Below are positions 34,001 to 45,668 of a DNA stretch of 64,000 nt, piece by piece. A program made the position numbers and the translations under genes. Position 1 is the stretch's first letter. Every line of letters starts with the position of its first letter. A model generated the notes under the pieces. It saw only the letters and a list, made by a program, of their open reading frames with translations, was not told the DNA's origin and searched no databases. The DNA is from an uncultured Planctomycetota bacterium (GTDB lineage: Bacteria; Planctomycetota; Planctomycetia; Isosphaerales; Isosphaeraceae): positions 128,001 through 192,000 of the forward strand of contig CAWJTV010000042.1 of NCBI GenBank assembly GCA_963845755.1. The letters run 5' to 3'.

Positions 34001-35436
34001 GAGAGGAGATTGAGAACGATCTTCTCCCACATGTCGCGGTCGACGTAGGCCGGCTCGGGCAGGGGTGGGCATTCGACAACGAGCTGCATCCCCGCGCGCT
34101 CGATCGCGGAGCGGAACACACTCGTGAGGTCCGTCGTCAGCGCGGCGAGGTCCGTCGGCTGATAGACCGCCTGGATGCGACCGGCCTCGATCCGGGAGAA
34201 GTCGAGGAGCGTATTCACCAGCTTGAGGAGTCGCAGGGCATTGCGATGGATGATCTCGACGCGCTCGCGCTGCCGGCGTGCGAGTGGCTCGCTCGTCTCG
34301 GCCAGAGCGTCCTCGGCGGGACCGAGCATCAGCGCCAGCGGGGTTCGGAATTCATGGCTGACGTTCGAGAAGAAGACTGTCTTCGCCCGGTCGAGTTCGG
34401 CGAGGGCCTCCGCTCGCCGGCGCTCTTCCTCGTAAGCCTGGGCGTTGGCGACGCTGGCCGAGATCTGGCCGGCGGCCAGGTTGATGAACCCAGAATAGTC
34501 GTCGTCGAAGAGTCGGAAGGGGTTGAGTCCGGCGATCAGGATGCCCGAACGACCGGTTTCCCCCGTCGGGGCGATCGGTGCCGCGATGGCGCGCTGCGGC
34601 GGCCGGTTCCAGGCTCCCATTGGCATGTCCCCGAACGGCGCCACCAGCTCCGAAACGAGGATCGCTTTGTTCGACCGGATGACCTCCAGGAAAGGCCAGG
34701 CGGATCCGGACTCCAGGTCGACGACCTCCGGGGCCGCCGCGTGTCCTCGCTCGATGCCGGATACGCCCGCCAGCGTGGCTCGACGCCGATCCCGGTCGAA
34801 GAGGTAGATCATCGCGAACGGCAGGTCGAGCAGGTTCGAGCCCAGACAGCGCGCGCTCCGCATGCAGGCTTCGTCCAACGTCCGGGCGTCGACGGTCCCG
34901 GCGGCCAGCTCGCGCAACAGGGCGAGCTGGCGTTCGCCGATGATCCTCCGTGTGTCGTCCGTGTTCGCGCAGATGATTCCGCCGGCACCCCCGTAATCGT
35001 TTGGCACGGGGCTATAGGAGAATGTGTAATAGGTCTCCTCCTGATAGCCGTGCCGCTCCATGATCAGGAGAAGTGCTTCATCGTAGGTCCCCTCGTTCTT
35101 GAGCATCGCCGATTCGGCACGCGGGCCGACCTGGTCCCAGATCTCCCCCCACACCCGCGATGCGGGCTGCCCCAGGGAATCGGGATGCTTGCCTCCGACA
35201 ATTGACCGATAGGCGTCGTTATACAGATTGATCAGCTCGTCACCCCACCATACGAACATGGGCTGGCGCGAGGTCAACATGATTCGTACTGCCGTCTTGA
35301 GGCTCTGGGGCCATTGACAGACGCTGCCCAAAGGTGTCCCGGCCCAGTCCCGGGCACGCATCAGCGCACTCATCTCGCCGCTTCCGGCAAGACAGTCGTA
35401 GCCATCATATAAGTTTAATTTATTATTATTACTCAT
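31011..35436 (-). CDS. Hybrid sensor kinase PAS-GAF-HisKA-HATPase-REC-PAS-GAF-HisKA-HATPase-REC; frameshifts near 33435, 32265 and 31225
   Basis: H-boxes SHEFRTPL and SHELRTPL; G-boxes GTGIGLA and GGLGLGL; receivers [11 protein letters not shown] and [11 protein letters not shown]. Confidence 0.93.
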
Positions 35437-35975
35437 ATCATATCGCTGAGTTATTTGGCGAGCCCCGCGCGGCATCCTGCCGGCTCATCGAGGTCAGTCC
35501 GCCCGATTCCACGGGTGGTCGGTGGTTGTCGATCGCAAACGGTTCGTCGTTCCACCGGGAGAGATCCTGGTACTTCGCGACCAGGCGCGGACTCGGGCCT
35601 CGCGCGATTCAGCGGTTTCGCCGTTCGTCCTGCCTCTGAATCGGCGATATCGCTTTCCTGGAGGATCTTCAACACATGTCACGACTCATGATTTCGGTTT
35701 GCTATCGGATCGAGCCAGTGGCCACAGGACGGCTGGCGACAGGTCCTTTCCCATGTCCGCTGGTCGGACAGAACGGACGGCGATCCCCCCGTAGTCCCAC
35801 GAGATTCGCGCAGGTCGCGTTCGCTTCCGGGACCAAGTCCCAGCGCAACGATCTGGGCTGACCCTTGCTCATTTCCGCCTTCTCTTCGAGTACACGGAGA
35901 GCGAAGGCTTGACAAGAGTAATCTTACGCAGATTCCGTGCCGAACGCTGGACGGTTATCGGAGATACATGAGAGT

Positions 35976-36760
35976 TCAAACCGAGGGATGGGCCGCATAG
36001 AGAGGGTAGATATGGATCTTCAGTTTCGGCAGCAACCGCTGAAGATCTTGGACCCCGGGGAAGCTCACTCGGGTACCGTACAGATCGATCCACCGGAGGC
36101 TTTTCAGTTTCTTGAGATGAACTAGGCTGGCATCGCTGATGTTGGTCCCGCTGAGGGCGAGTCCCTGAAGCCGAATCATGCCCTCCAGGTGTACCAGGCC
36201 GGCGTCGCTGATGTCGGTGTTGTTGAGATTCAACTGCTTGAGGCCGGTCAGTCCTCTCAGGTGGGCCAGTCCGGCTTCGGAAATCTCGTTGTCGCCCACC
36301 TCCAGCACCCGCAACCTGGTCAGTCTCTTGAGGTGGAACAGGCCCTCATTCGTTGCAGATGAGTCTCCGTAGAGCCGTGTAATGTCCAGCTCTTCCAGCC
36401 CGCGAAGTTTGCCGACATGGACAAGAACATCATCTGAACGCGGCCCGTAAAGGCCGACCGAGACGACCTTGCTGAGAAGATCGATTTCGACTCGCTCGAG
36501 CAGCCATCGGGGATAAGGCGGCTTTGCCATCGGGTCCGACTTCCCATCTTTCCATTGTCAGTCATACCAGACCCCGTAACCAACCTCCTCGAGTGCTTCC
36601 ACAGCCGCGCGCTGAGCCTCGGCCGATCGGATTCGGCGGACGATCTCGCCCGGCGTGAGACCGATGACGAGGATGAGCGCTAACATCGCCGCGCACTGAG
36701 ATGAAAGCGAATTCGCCGTCTGGCGGACGGCCGCGGTCGCTGAGGATCCATCGCGATGGC
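35976..36760 (-). pseudogene. Leucine-rich-repeat membrane protein with an in-frame TGA at 36558-36560
   Basis: LRRs ISEAGLAHLRGLTGLKQLNLNNTDISDAGLVHL. The upstream ORF AQRAAVEALEEVGYGVWYD* is in frame with QWKDGK..., consistent with TGG>TGA. Confidence 0.7.
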
Positions 36761-36843
36761 TCCTGCGGGGCGGGCCGGAATCGTTCGAACGCAATCATCG
36801 AGATCACCGTGTTAGACCTGCACGCGCCGGGAATGGTTCCCCC

Positions 36844-38316
36844 TCAGCGTTTCTCCACGGTGAAGTCGTCCAGCTCCTTGCCATCGCCGGTAACCTGGCG
36901 GACGTTGAGGATCCGGCCGCGGACGTCCACCACCGTGAGCGAGTTCACCTTCGAGACGAACTTGTGGGTGAACGGCTGCCAGGTATCGGGAGCATCTTGC
37001 TGTTCGGGGTCGTAGAGATGCTGACCGCCGGCACCGGTGACCAGATAGATCACGCCGTTCGGGTGAGTGTTGACCCGGCCGTCGAACGATTTGTCGAAGG
37101 TCCAGGTGCCGGCGACCAGCTTCTTCTCGCGAACCGGCCGGCCGTCAGGACCCTTGTTCGGTACGAAGTGCATGGGGAACGTGCGCTGGTAGTTGTGAAC
37201 GTGGCCGCTGAAGACCAGATCGACGCGGCCTTTCTCGAAGACCTCGGTCAGAACTCGCATCTGTTGATCGTCGGCGTGTTCCTTGGAGGAGTGGAGGCCG
37301 GGATGGTGAAACGTGACAAAGCGCCAGGTGGCATTTTGGGCGGCAGCCAGGTCGCGCTCGACCCAAGCTCGGAGCGCCGGCTCGGACCAATCGACGTAGG
37401 GGTTCGAGTCCAGGACCGTCCAGTGGGCGTTGGCGTAGTCGAACGAGAAGTTGGCCATCCGCGGATAGGCCGGTCCCGCCGCGTCCAGGAAGGCTTTCTG
37501 GTTGGAGTCAGGCCCCTTCAGGGGAGGGACCAGGGAGCTTCCTTCGCCTCCGTTTGGGCCATTGAGCGGCTGATCCCAGTAGAGGAAATACGCCAGGCCG
37601 TCGGGGTACTTTTCCAGGTCGCGCGTCGCGATGTCGTGGTTGCCGGGCGCGGCCACGAAAAGGGTCGAGCGCAACAGCGGGGCACCCTGAGACGGCGACG
37701 CCTCGTCGGCGTTGTAGACAGGCCAGAACTTGTCCCGATACTCGGAGATCCGTCCTCGGGCGTAGACGATGTCGCCCGGGATCATGACAAAGTCGGGATG
37801 CTCCAGGTAGGCACGGTGCGCGATCACCTTCTGCTCAGGTGTTCCCGCGGCGCAATCGCCGTACGCGACAAACCGATAGGGCTGATCGGCGGCCTTGGGA
37901 CTCGTAGCCTGCGCCTCGAAAACTTTCTCACCACCCTTGCTCAACCGGTACGAAAAGAGGCCACCTGGCACGAGGTCTTTCAATGCCACACGATAGAGCC
38001 AGTGCGGAGGAATCCCCGCGACGGCGATTGGCCGCATGGAAGGGGCCTCGGCCTTACTCCAGGGCCGATCTTTGCCGGGCTGGTATTCGACCGACCAGTT
38101 GGCACCGTCGTCGCTCGTGTGCCAGAGGACGAGTAGCCCCGAAGCGCCCCGTGATGTCGCCTCTCCCGATTGCAGGTAGGGCTTGACGAGGAAAGGGCCG
38201 TCGGATGCCTTGGGGACGGGCGCCGTGGCTGGCGCTTTCGCGTCCTGAGCCAGGGCAATCTTCGTGCTCGCTCCAACCAGGCACACGGCAACGAACAGGC
38301 AACGTGCGATTCTCAT
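36844..38316 (-). CDS. Secreted purple-acid-phosphatase-like metallophosphoesterase
   Basis: YGD, GDIVY, GNHD, FHHP and GHVHNY motifs; signal peptide; N-terminal FN3-like region. Confidence 0.92.
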   Translation of the reverse strand: MRIARCLFVAVCLVGASTKIALAQDAKAPATAPVPKASDGPFLVKPYLQSGEATSRGASGLLVLWHTSDDGANWSVEYQPGKDRPWSKAEAPSMRPIAVAGIPPHWLYRVALKDLVPGGLFSYRLSKGGEKVFEAQATSPKAADQPYRFVAYGDCAAGTPEQKVIAHRAYLEHPDFVMIPGDIVYARGRISEYRDKFWPVYNADEASPSQGAPLLRSTLFVAAPGNHDIATRDLEKYPDGLAYFLYWDQPLNGPNGGEGSSLVPPLKGPDSNQKAFLDAAGPAYPRMANFSFDYANAHWTVLDSNPYVDWSEPALRAWVERDLAAAQNATWRFVTFHHPGLHSSKEHADDQQMRVLTEVFEKGRVDLVFSGHVHNYQRTFPMHFVPNKGPDGRPVREKKLVAGTWTFDKSFDGRVNTHPNGVIYLVTGAGGQHLYDPEQQDAPDTWQPFTHKFVSKVNSLTVVDVRGRILNVRQVTGDGKELDDFTVEKR

Positions 38317-38673
38317 TGACCGGACTCCGGGTCAGATGGAGATTTCCAGAGGTTCTCGGACGGCGACGAGCTGACAGATGGACGACCGCAATGCTCCCGG
38401 GCTCCAAGCCAACGAGCATGGGCGAGCAGGTCGTCAGAAGCAAGGGATGTTCTGATGGAGAATTCATGAAGAATAAGTTAACCGTTCGGCGACCCGGGAA
38501 GACCCATACGCTCGCAAGGAGACCGATTTTCGTTTATACCAATTTGCATCTCGCCGTTTCGGCTGTTAGCGTACCACCCAGGTGCGGCTCGATTTCCTCC
38601 CCGCTCCGGCTTCCTTGCCAGACCGCGCTGAAGCCTCCGGCCGCCGGCAAGAAGAAGAGATAGGGCCACTGCA

Positions 38674-40605
38674 ATGGGAGAGAACTGTCCCGCGGATCGC
38701 CCTGGCCCCGAGGCCGGGGCGGGACTGGCACCGACGACCCGGGCGTCGGACCTGGTCCTTCTGTCGGCCTGGCTTGGCCTGGCCGCAGGCTGGATCGAGG
38801 TTGGGACGAGGGTGTCTCTCAAGAACGCCCTCGGGCCCGGCCAGATGTACCGGATCATGCGGCATTTCTTGTGGGCGGTGCCGCTAGCCAACCTGCTCTT
38901 GTTCCTGGCACTTGGCCTGATCACTGCGGCGGCGGCTCGGCGCTGGCCCAGATCGTCGTGGTGGCTCGGGTGCCGCATGCTCTTGACCGCTGCCATCCTG
39001 CCGCCCTTGCTCCTGGCCGGGCGGCAGATCTATTCCTGGGCCTGGCTGCTCCTGGCGGCTGGTATTGCGGTGCGGGCGATGCCCCGCCTTGAGCGGACCA
39101 GGATCGACTGGCGGTGGTGGGGACGTCGGACGCTCCCCGCGCTTTCGGTACCGGTCGCGGTCGTCGCCGGGATCATCGTGAGCGCCGACTGGCTCGCCTT
39201 GGTTCGGTTGGCCGCGGGCCCGATACCGCCGGCCGGCGCTCCCGACGTCCTGTTCATCGTCCTCGACACGGTCCGGGCGGATCGGCTGAGCCTCTACGGC
39301 TACGACCGGCCAACCAGCCCGGTCCTGCAGCGACTGGCCACGCGCGGCATCCGCTTCGACGAGGCGCGGTCGTCGGCGCCCTGGACGCTCCCCTCTCACG
39401 CCAGCTTCTTCACCGGCCGCTGGCCGCGCGAGCTCGGGGTTGGCTGGCAGGCCCCGCTCCGCACCCCGTTCTCGACCCTGGCCGAGTACCTCGCCTCGCG
39501 GGGCTACGAGACGGCCGGCTTCGTGGCCAATGTCGAGTATTGCTCCTACGATGCGGGGCTGGCGCGCGGTTTCGCCCACTACGAGGACTACCCCTTCGAC
39601 CTGGCGCACCTCCGCCCGCTGCGGACGTCCATCCTCTGGGGGCTCGCGTGGGACACTGCGACCTGGGCGGGCCTCTCGTCCGGAATGAGCCGGTATCATC
39701 CGGTCCTCCGATGGCTCATGGCACCCGACCGCAAGGACGCCGGTACGATCAACGACGCGTTCCTCGGCTGGCTGGACCGCCGCCGTAGCCGCCGCCCTTA
39801 CTTCGCCTTCCTCAATTACTACGACGCCCACGCGCCCTACCTGCCGCCCGAAGGGACGCCGATTCGGTTCGGGTCGGGCCCGCGCTCTGAGCTCGATTTC
39901 TTGCTCCTCGTCGAGCACTGGAGCGAGACCGACAAGCTACACCTCCGCCAGAACTTCGCTGACCTGATCCTCGATTCCTACGAGAACTGCCTGGCGTATC
40001 TCGACGGGCGGCTCGGGCGGCTTTTCGTCGAGCTCGGCCGGCGCGGGTCAATGGATCGCACGCTGGTCATCATCACTGCCGACCACGGCGAGGAGCTCGG
40101 GGATCACGAGCTGTTCGAGCACGGGGAGAGCCTCTATCGGCCCGAGATCCGCGTGCCGCTCCTTTTCATCCTGCCGTCGGGCCGGTACGCGGGGAGCGTC
40201 GTCCGCGAGACGGTGAGTCTTCGCGATCTGCCGTCGACGATCGTTGACCTGGCCGGCCTGACGGACGGCTCCCCATTCCCGGGCCGGTCGCTCGCCCGGC
40301 TCTGGCGCGATCCTCGATCGGGGCACCGCGACTTCGATGCCGACGACGCCTTCTCCGAGCTGCCCGTGCCCAACCCGACCCTCCCCAGCAAGGGCCGGTC
40401 GCCCGCCGCGAAGGGGCCGCTGGTCTCGCTGGCCCGCGACAAGTACGTCTACATCCGCAACGAGGGAGACGGTCGGGAGCAGCTCTACGACGAGTCGGCC
40501 GACCCGCGCGAGCTGACCGACCTCTCCGAAGACGCCCGGTTACAGCCGATCCTCCGGCTGCTCCGCGCGCGGCTCGATCGGATCTCCGGCCCACGCCCGA
40601 GGTGA
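38674..40605 (+). CDS. Membrane-anchored sulfatase-like protein, paralog of 27810-29978
   Basis: TM helices; PDVLFIVLDTVRADRLS, WTLPSH, YDAHAPY and ITADHGEELGDH motifs. Confidence 0.9.
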   Translation: MGENCPADRPGPEAGAGLAPTTRASDLVLLSAWLGLAAGWIEVGTRVSLKNALGPGQMYRIMRHFLWAVPLANLLLFLALGLITAAAARRWPRSSWWLGCRMLLTAAILPPLLLAGRQIYSWAWLLLAAGIAVRAMPRLERTRIDWRWWGRRTLPALSVPVAVVAGIIVSADWLALVRLAAGPIPPAGAPDVLFIVLDTVRADRLSLYGYDRPTSPVLQRLATRGIRFDEARSSAPWTLPSHASFFTGRWPRELGVGWQAPLRTPFSTLAEYLASRGYETAGFVANVEYCSYDAGLARGFAHYEDYPFDLAHLRPLRTSILWGLAWDTATWAGLSSGMSRYHPVLRWLMAPDRKDAGTINDAFLGWLDRRRSRRPYFAFLNYYDAHAPYLPPEGTPIRFGSGPRSELDFLLLVEHWSETDKLHLRQNFADLILDSYENCLAYLDGRLGRLFVELGRRGSMDRTLVIITADHGEELGDHELFEHGESLYRPEIRVPLLFILPSGRYAGSVVRETVSLRDLPSTIVDLAGLTDGSPFPGRSLARLWRDPRSGHRDFDADDAFSELPVPNPTLPSKGRSPAAKGPLVSLARDKYVYIRNEGDGREQLYDESADPRELTDLSEDARLQPILRLLRARLDRISGPRPR

Positions 40606-40744
40606 GGGGCGAGCTTGACGAAGTGGCCACGCAGAATGATTGTCGTGAAGGCGTTTCGCCTGCCCACCGTGCAGGCTGGAAGCCCGGACCAGAAGTGCCA
40701 AGTCCTGGCTGCGGCGCCGCTGAGCGGCCCAGCGACCGCCTCGC

Positions 40745-41788
40745 TCAATCCCGAGGGTGGACGAGCAAGGCCGTCTGGAACCGGCTGGGGAGTCTGGTCG
40801 CGTGCGGGTCGTTGTCGTAGGTGATCAGGAGCTTGATCTCGGTCCGGTGGCCGGCCGCTTTGACGCCGAGCACGGCCAGGCCCCCGGCCTTCATCCCGGC
40901 CTCGAAGGTCGCATACGAGCGCCCCATATTCGGCTGGCCGTTGTTGACGAGCGAGAGGGTGTTGCTGTGGACCGCATCGTCGGCGCCCACCATCGCCGTG
41001 AGGACGAGGAAGCCGCCCATCGCGGGGACGTACTCCAGCGAGGTGAGTTGCGGGGCGATGTCCTCGCGGCGGCTGGCGTCGAACGCGAACGTGCGACGGA
41101 GGCTGAGCGTGGCGTCGGGCGAAGGCGCATCGGTGATGTCGGCAGCGAACGCTCTGATCTTGTCATCCGGCTTGCGGAGTCCGATGACCAGCTCGCGGTG
41201 GCCGCCGGCCTCGCGGACCGCCAGCCCGCCGACCTCCCGTTCCGCGACCCGCGCGGCATCGAGCCCCTGCGCTCGCAGCGCGGCCTCGAGCGGGCCGGCG
41301 ATGTCCCAGCGGACGACCGAGGCGTCCTCGATGGCGGGAGGGTCGCCGCTCCGGAGGCGGAACCGGACCACCATGCTGCTGGCCGCCCGCTCCTCGACAG
41401 TCTTACCGCTGTGCGAGCCGACCAGGTAGTAGTTCCCCTCCGAGTCGAGGGCCATGCCCTGCCAACTCGGGCCGGTCTTGGTCGTCGGGGGCAACTTCGA
41501 CGAGCCGAGCGGCGCGCCCACGAGCGCGCCTGTGGCGACGTCAACGACGTGGAGCGCGGCGGCGTTGTCATCCGCCACCAGCACCCGGCGGCCGTCGCCG
41601 AGCGGCGCGACGCCGGAGGGCTCGATGTCGACGTCCGCCCGGCCGTCCCGCAGAAACGGGGCCGGTTTGCTCGCTGATTCCAGCCGGTAGTGGTGGGCAA
41701 GGGCGGCCCCGGCGAACAGGCCGGTGAGCCCCAGGCTCACTGCGGCCGCCCGGAGCAGGCTGGTCGGAAGGATTCGCATCGGTGTCAT
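40745..41788 (-). CDS. Secreted beta-propeller-like protein (DUF3616-like)
   Basis: Signal peptide; IEPSGV, YLVGSHS and LVIGLRKP motifs. Confidence 0.65.
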   Translation of the reverse strand: MTPMRILPTSLLRAAAVSLGLTGLFAGAALAHHYRLESASKPAPFLRDGRADVDIEPSGVAPLGDGRRVLVADDNAAALHVVDVATGALVGAPLGSSKLPPTTKTGPSWQGMALDSEGNYYLVGSHSGKTVEERAASSMVVRFRLRSGDPPAIEDASVVRWDIAGPLEAALRAQGLDAARVAEREVGGLAVREAGGHRELVIGLRKPDDKIRAFAADITDAPSPDATLSLRRTFAFDASRREDIAPQLTSLEYVPAMGGFLVLTAMVGADDAVHSNTLSLVNNGQPNMGRSYATFEAGMKAGGLAVLGVKAAGHRTEIKLLITYDNDPHATRLPSRFQTALLVHPRD

Positions 41789-42243
41789 CCAGTCGGACTT
41801 GCCATGTCCAGCGTGAGGTTGGTCGACGTTCTCAAGTCACGAACAAACGGCGATGTCGTCTCGCCGAACGTCAACTCAAGGAGATTCGTGTCGTTATCGA
41901 TTCGCTTTTGCCCGCGCTTTGGCTTCGTGGACTTCTTCAACTTGTCGCGTTCCTCGCGGCGGAGGGTTTCGACCACCGCGATCCGATACTTCCCCGGCCG
42001 GATTCCCTGGCCGTCGTCACCGGGTACCGTGAAGCTCCCATCCTTGCTGTTGTATTCCGCCATTTCCATCTCGCCGCTCGGATCCCTCGACGTGTCGTCC
42101 TTGACCGGACAGAAATAAAGTGCGAGCTTGTGTCCCTCGGGCGGCTGATACATCTGCCCCCCTTTCTGAAGCACGCCCGTCACCCAGATCGTGTCACCGC
42201 CTCCACAACCCGCCAGGAAAGCGGCGCTCGAGCACCATCCCAA
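41785..42243 (-). CDS. Lipoprotein of the carboxypeptidase-regulatory-like type found next to DUF1559 genes
   Basis: LAGC lipobox; VTGVLQKGG...DGSFTVPG...GIRPGKYRIAV. Start uncertain. Confidence 0.75.
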   Translation of the reverse strand: MGWCSSAAFLAGCGGGDTIWVTGVLQKGGQMYQPPEGHKLALYFCPVKDDTSRDPSGEMEMAEYNSKDGSFTVPGDDGQGIRPGKYRIAVVETLRREERDKLKKSTKPKRGQKRIDNDTNLLELTFGETTSPFVRDLRTSTNLTLDMASPTG

Positions 42244-42366
42244 GCCAGAGTGATCTACGCATGGCAGTGTTCAGAATGGGAAAAGAATGAAAGGGGCGGT
42301 CCGAGATGCCGCGGGGCGGCTTGTCGAGACCAGCCGTTTCGATAAGCCGCCATGTCCAAAATTCGA

Positions 42367-43546
42367 TCAATACTGGTCACTACTGAGGACGACGCCGTCA
42401 TTCTTGGCCTCGATTGCAAGCCAGACGGAGAACGAGATCGAGTTCTTGACGAAGTGCACGCTGCCGTCGCCGAAACCAACGTTCACGCCGCCCGGGTGCA
42501 TGCTCCGGCTCTGGCCGCCGCTGTTATACATGCCGCTGCCGCAGTTGAAGCCCATGCCTTGCTGAGCGGCATTCGGTACCTGCAAGCCCAAAACCGGGCC
42601 GGCTTGCATCTCGTCACCGCCGTCGTTGCAGCCCTGCGATAATATTGAAACCATTCTTATTGTTCGGAGTCGGGTTATACGGCTTCCCATGACCGCCGAG
42701 GCTCGCCATGCCCAGCCCCATCGCCCATACGCCTCGGACGTCGCACGTGGTGAGCCCCGCTCGCAGCTCGACAACGGCGGCTGTATTTGATAGTCCGTCC
42801 GTCACTGACGCAATCGTCGAGCCGAAATTCTCGCCCATCATGCCGACATGGCTCGGGAACTTCTGGCTGGCACCGGGATCATTGATTCCATTGATCTGGT
42901 GGTCGGGGTCGGTATTACCCTGAACCGCTCCGTAATTGCCGCGTGCCCAGTTTGTGAGCGTAATTCCCTTCATTTTATCCTGAGGATACGTGACCCCCTG
43001 CGCCGAGAAGAGTGCGATATCGCTGGGTTGGAAGAAATTGTTAGACGGATCGTTAAAGGGATCTGTCGGGCAGACGAACACATTCAAACGGGTCGAACGG
43101 ACCGTGGTATTGCACCAGTCCAAGTTGTACAGATTCTGATTGGGTGCCGTGCTTGCATACGGCACCGCGTAAGGCCCCGGCCAGCCCGGATATCCCAGCA
43201 CATTCGACGAATTGTAAAGAGTGGCCTGCTCGATGTAGGGCAGAATCATGATAGCCCAGTTGGGCCCAAATGGTTCTGAAAAATCGCTCCCGAGGGCGTC
43301 TGAGCCGGTGTTGTAGTTCAGGCCGGTGAGATAGGGCTCATTCACACCCTTGGGAAACGTGGCGTTGGCCGACTCGAAGTTGTGCAAGCCGAGCAGAAGC
43401 TGCTTCACGTTGTTGACGCACTGCGCTCGCCGGGCCGCTTCCCGCGCCGCCTGCACGGCCGGAAGCAAAAGCGCGATGAGCACGGCGATGATCGCGATGA
43501 CCACCAGCAGTTCGATAAGAGTGAACCCGCGACGGCGTCCGGTCAT
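42367..43546 (-). CDS. DUF1559 prepilin-type N-terminal methylation / H-X9-DG-CTERM protein; frameshift near 42625
   Basis: [40 protein letters not shown] and [21 protein letters not shown]. Confidence 0.93.
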
Positions 43547-43940
43547 GATGCGATGCTCCGATGGAGAGAAGAGGCCGAGGTCGATCCGTAGCTCCGGTCA
43601 TGTACGGACGTAAATTATAGGAATATTCGGATGGTCGTATTGCGTGGTTTGATTGAAGATCAGATGAAGCTGTTGTTAGTTTTCATTTACATTGCGAATG
43701 GCCGACTGGGGATGGGAATCCTGTCGAGAGGGATGGGGACCACCTCCCTCCTTCAGGCGACTCGTGACGCGAGTGGCCAATCAGGTCGTCCGCTTATTGG
43801 CTAATGCGATTGAATTGAGATCCACGGGGCGGGTAGAGTGGATTTCGGCCGCGGTTGCATTCATTGGACTTCGGTTGAGCCGTGCGGACGAATGCCGTGC
43901 GGATCGACCCTTCCGAACGCTTATCGAGGAGTTCCGAGCG

Positions 43941-45188
43941 ATGGCCCACGACGAGACAAACCGTACTGATCGCCGCACGTTCCTCCAGGCCGGCGCGCTG
44001 GCGACGGCCACCGGCATCAGCCTGGCTCCCGGCGTGGAAGCCCAGGAAGCCGCTGCGAAGTCGCAGGCTTCGGCTCCGGTCCTCCCCAAGCGGAAGCTGG
44101 GCAAGACGGGAGTCGAGGTTACGCTCCTCGAGCAGGGAGCCACGCGCGGCCCGAGTGCGGAACGCACGCTACGCTTCGCGTTTGCACGCGGCGTTCGCCT
44201 CTTCGATACCGCCAAGGTCTACCAGACCGAGATCAACTTCAAGAGGTGGTTCGAACAGGATCCTGCGATCCGCAAGCAGATTGTGCTGGTCACGAAGGAC
44301 ATGCCCCGCGAGCCGAGTGACTTCCTGAAGATGGTCGATCAGCGGTTGAAGGCCCTGGGGACCGACTATATCGACTTCTTCTTCCTCCATGGATTGGGGG
44401 ACTCGGGAATCGAGAAGTCGCTAAAGTTCATCAAGAGCCGCGAGTTCCACGAGGTCGCCGACAAGATTCGCACCTCGGGCAAAGCGCGGTTCATCGGCTT
44501 CTCGGCCCATCATCCTCAGCGTGCCCAGCTCATCCAGGCGGCGGCCGAGGGAGGGGCCATCGACGCGATCATGCTCCAGTATCGTCCGTGGCTGGACAAG
44601 GACTCGCCGCTCAACAGGGCGATCGACGCGGCGTGGAAGAAAGGGATCGGCCTGATCACGATGAAGCAGATCGCCAGCCAGACCTTCGGCGACAAGCCCA
44701 AGGGCGACATCCTCAAGGAGGTTGCGGAGCGGGTGCCGGTCCTGGCCGAGCGGAAGTTGACGCCGTTCCAGGGCCTGCTGCACGCGATCTGGACCGACGA
44801 GCGGATCAGTGCGTCCTGTGTCTCGATGAGGAATACCGAACAAATTCGCGAGAACTCCGAGGCCGCGGCCCGGTTCGAGCCGCTGAAGACGGCGGACATC
44901 CTCCAGCTCCGCGACGCAGTCCATGCACAGGGCCTGACTCTTTGCGCCGATTGCGACGGCCGTTGCTCGATCGCCGCAGGTACCACGGCGGAGCTTGGCA
45001 ACCTGACCCGATTCCTGACCTACTACAAGCAGTATGGTGATCGTGCCGTGGCGCGCCGCGAGTACGCCAAGCTCGCCGCGGAGGCCCGCGACTGGTCGGG
45101 CGCCGACCTCGAGGCGGCCCGCGCCGCCTGCCCCGACCGACTCGACTTCGCCAACCTCCTCCCCGAGGTCAACCAGCACCTGGCCTGA
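43941..45188 (+). CDS. Tat-exported aldo/keto reductase with C-terminal Fe-S-like Cys motif
   Basis: DRRTFLQ Tat motif; FDTAKVY, LGTDYIDFFFLH and CADCDGRC...CP; GAGGAG RBS. Confidence 0.9.
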   Translation: MAHDETNRTDRRTFLQAGALATATGISLAPGVEAQEAAAKSQASAPVLPKRKLGKTGVEVTLLEQGATRGPSAERTLRFAFARGVRLFDTAKVYQTEINFKRWFEQDPAIRKQIVLVTKDMPREPSDFLKMVDQRLKALGTDYIDFFFLHGLGDSGIEKSLKFIKSREFHEVADKIRTSGKARFIGFSAHHPQRAQLIQAAAEGGAIDAIMLQYRPWLDKDSPLNRAIDAAWKKGIGLITMKQIASQTFGDKPKGDILKEVAERVPVLAERKLTPFQGLLHAIWTDERISASCVSMRNTEQIRENSEAAARFEPLKTADILQLRDAVHAQGLTLCADCDGRCSIAAGTTAELGNLTRFLTYYKQYGDRAVARREYAKLAAEARDWSGADLEAARAACPDRLDFANLLPEVNQHLA

Positions 45189-45234
45189 GCCAGCCCGGTG
45201 TTGAACGGAAACGGCCCGGAGGATCGGGGATCCG

Positions 45235-45660
45235 ATGATCCAGATCAACAGCCGCATCGCGATCGCCGAGGATGAGCTCGCGTTCGAGTTCATCCGCGCC
45301 TCCGGCCCCGGTGGACAGAATGTCAACAAGGTCTCGACAGCCGTCCGGCTCCGGTTCGACGTCCGCGGCTCCGCCTCGTTGCCGGACGACGTCCGGGACC
45401 GGTTGATCCGGCTGGCGGGAAAGCGTGTGGGAGAGGATGGATTCCTGGCGATCCATGCTCGTAGTCACCGGACCCAGGACGCGAACCGTCGCGAGGCCAT
45501 CGATCGACTGGTCGAACTGATCCAGCGCGCCTGCGAGAAACCCAAGCCCCGGCGCGCGACCCGGCCGACGGTGGCGTCCCGCAAGCGCCGGCTGGAGGCC
45601 AAGCGCCGTCGTGGAGAGACGAAAGAGGGGAGACGTTCGCAGAGTCATGGAGAGGAATAA
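45235..45660 (+). CDS. arfB: Alternative ribosome rescue peptidyl-tRNA hydrolase ArfB
   Basis: FIRASGPGGQNVNKVSTAV GGQ motif and basic C-terminal tail. Confidence 0.95.
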   Translation: MIQINSRIAIAEDELAFEFIRASGPGGQNVNKVSTAVRLRFDVRGSASLPDDVRDRLIRLAGKRVGEDGFLAIHARSHRTQDANRREAIDRLVELIQRACEKPKPRRATRPTVASRKRRLEAKRRRGETKEGRRSQSHGEE

Positions 45661-45668
45661 CAAGCGCT

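Noticed and set aside
36558..36560. In-frame TGA in the LRR gene as selenocysteine or recoding
   Set aside because: The context YD*QW suggests Trp (TGG>TGA), and other genes in the window use TGA as a normal stop.
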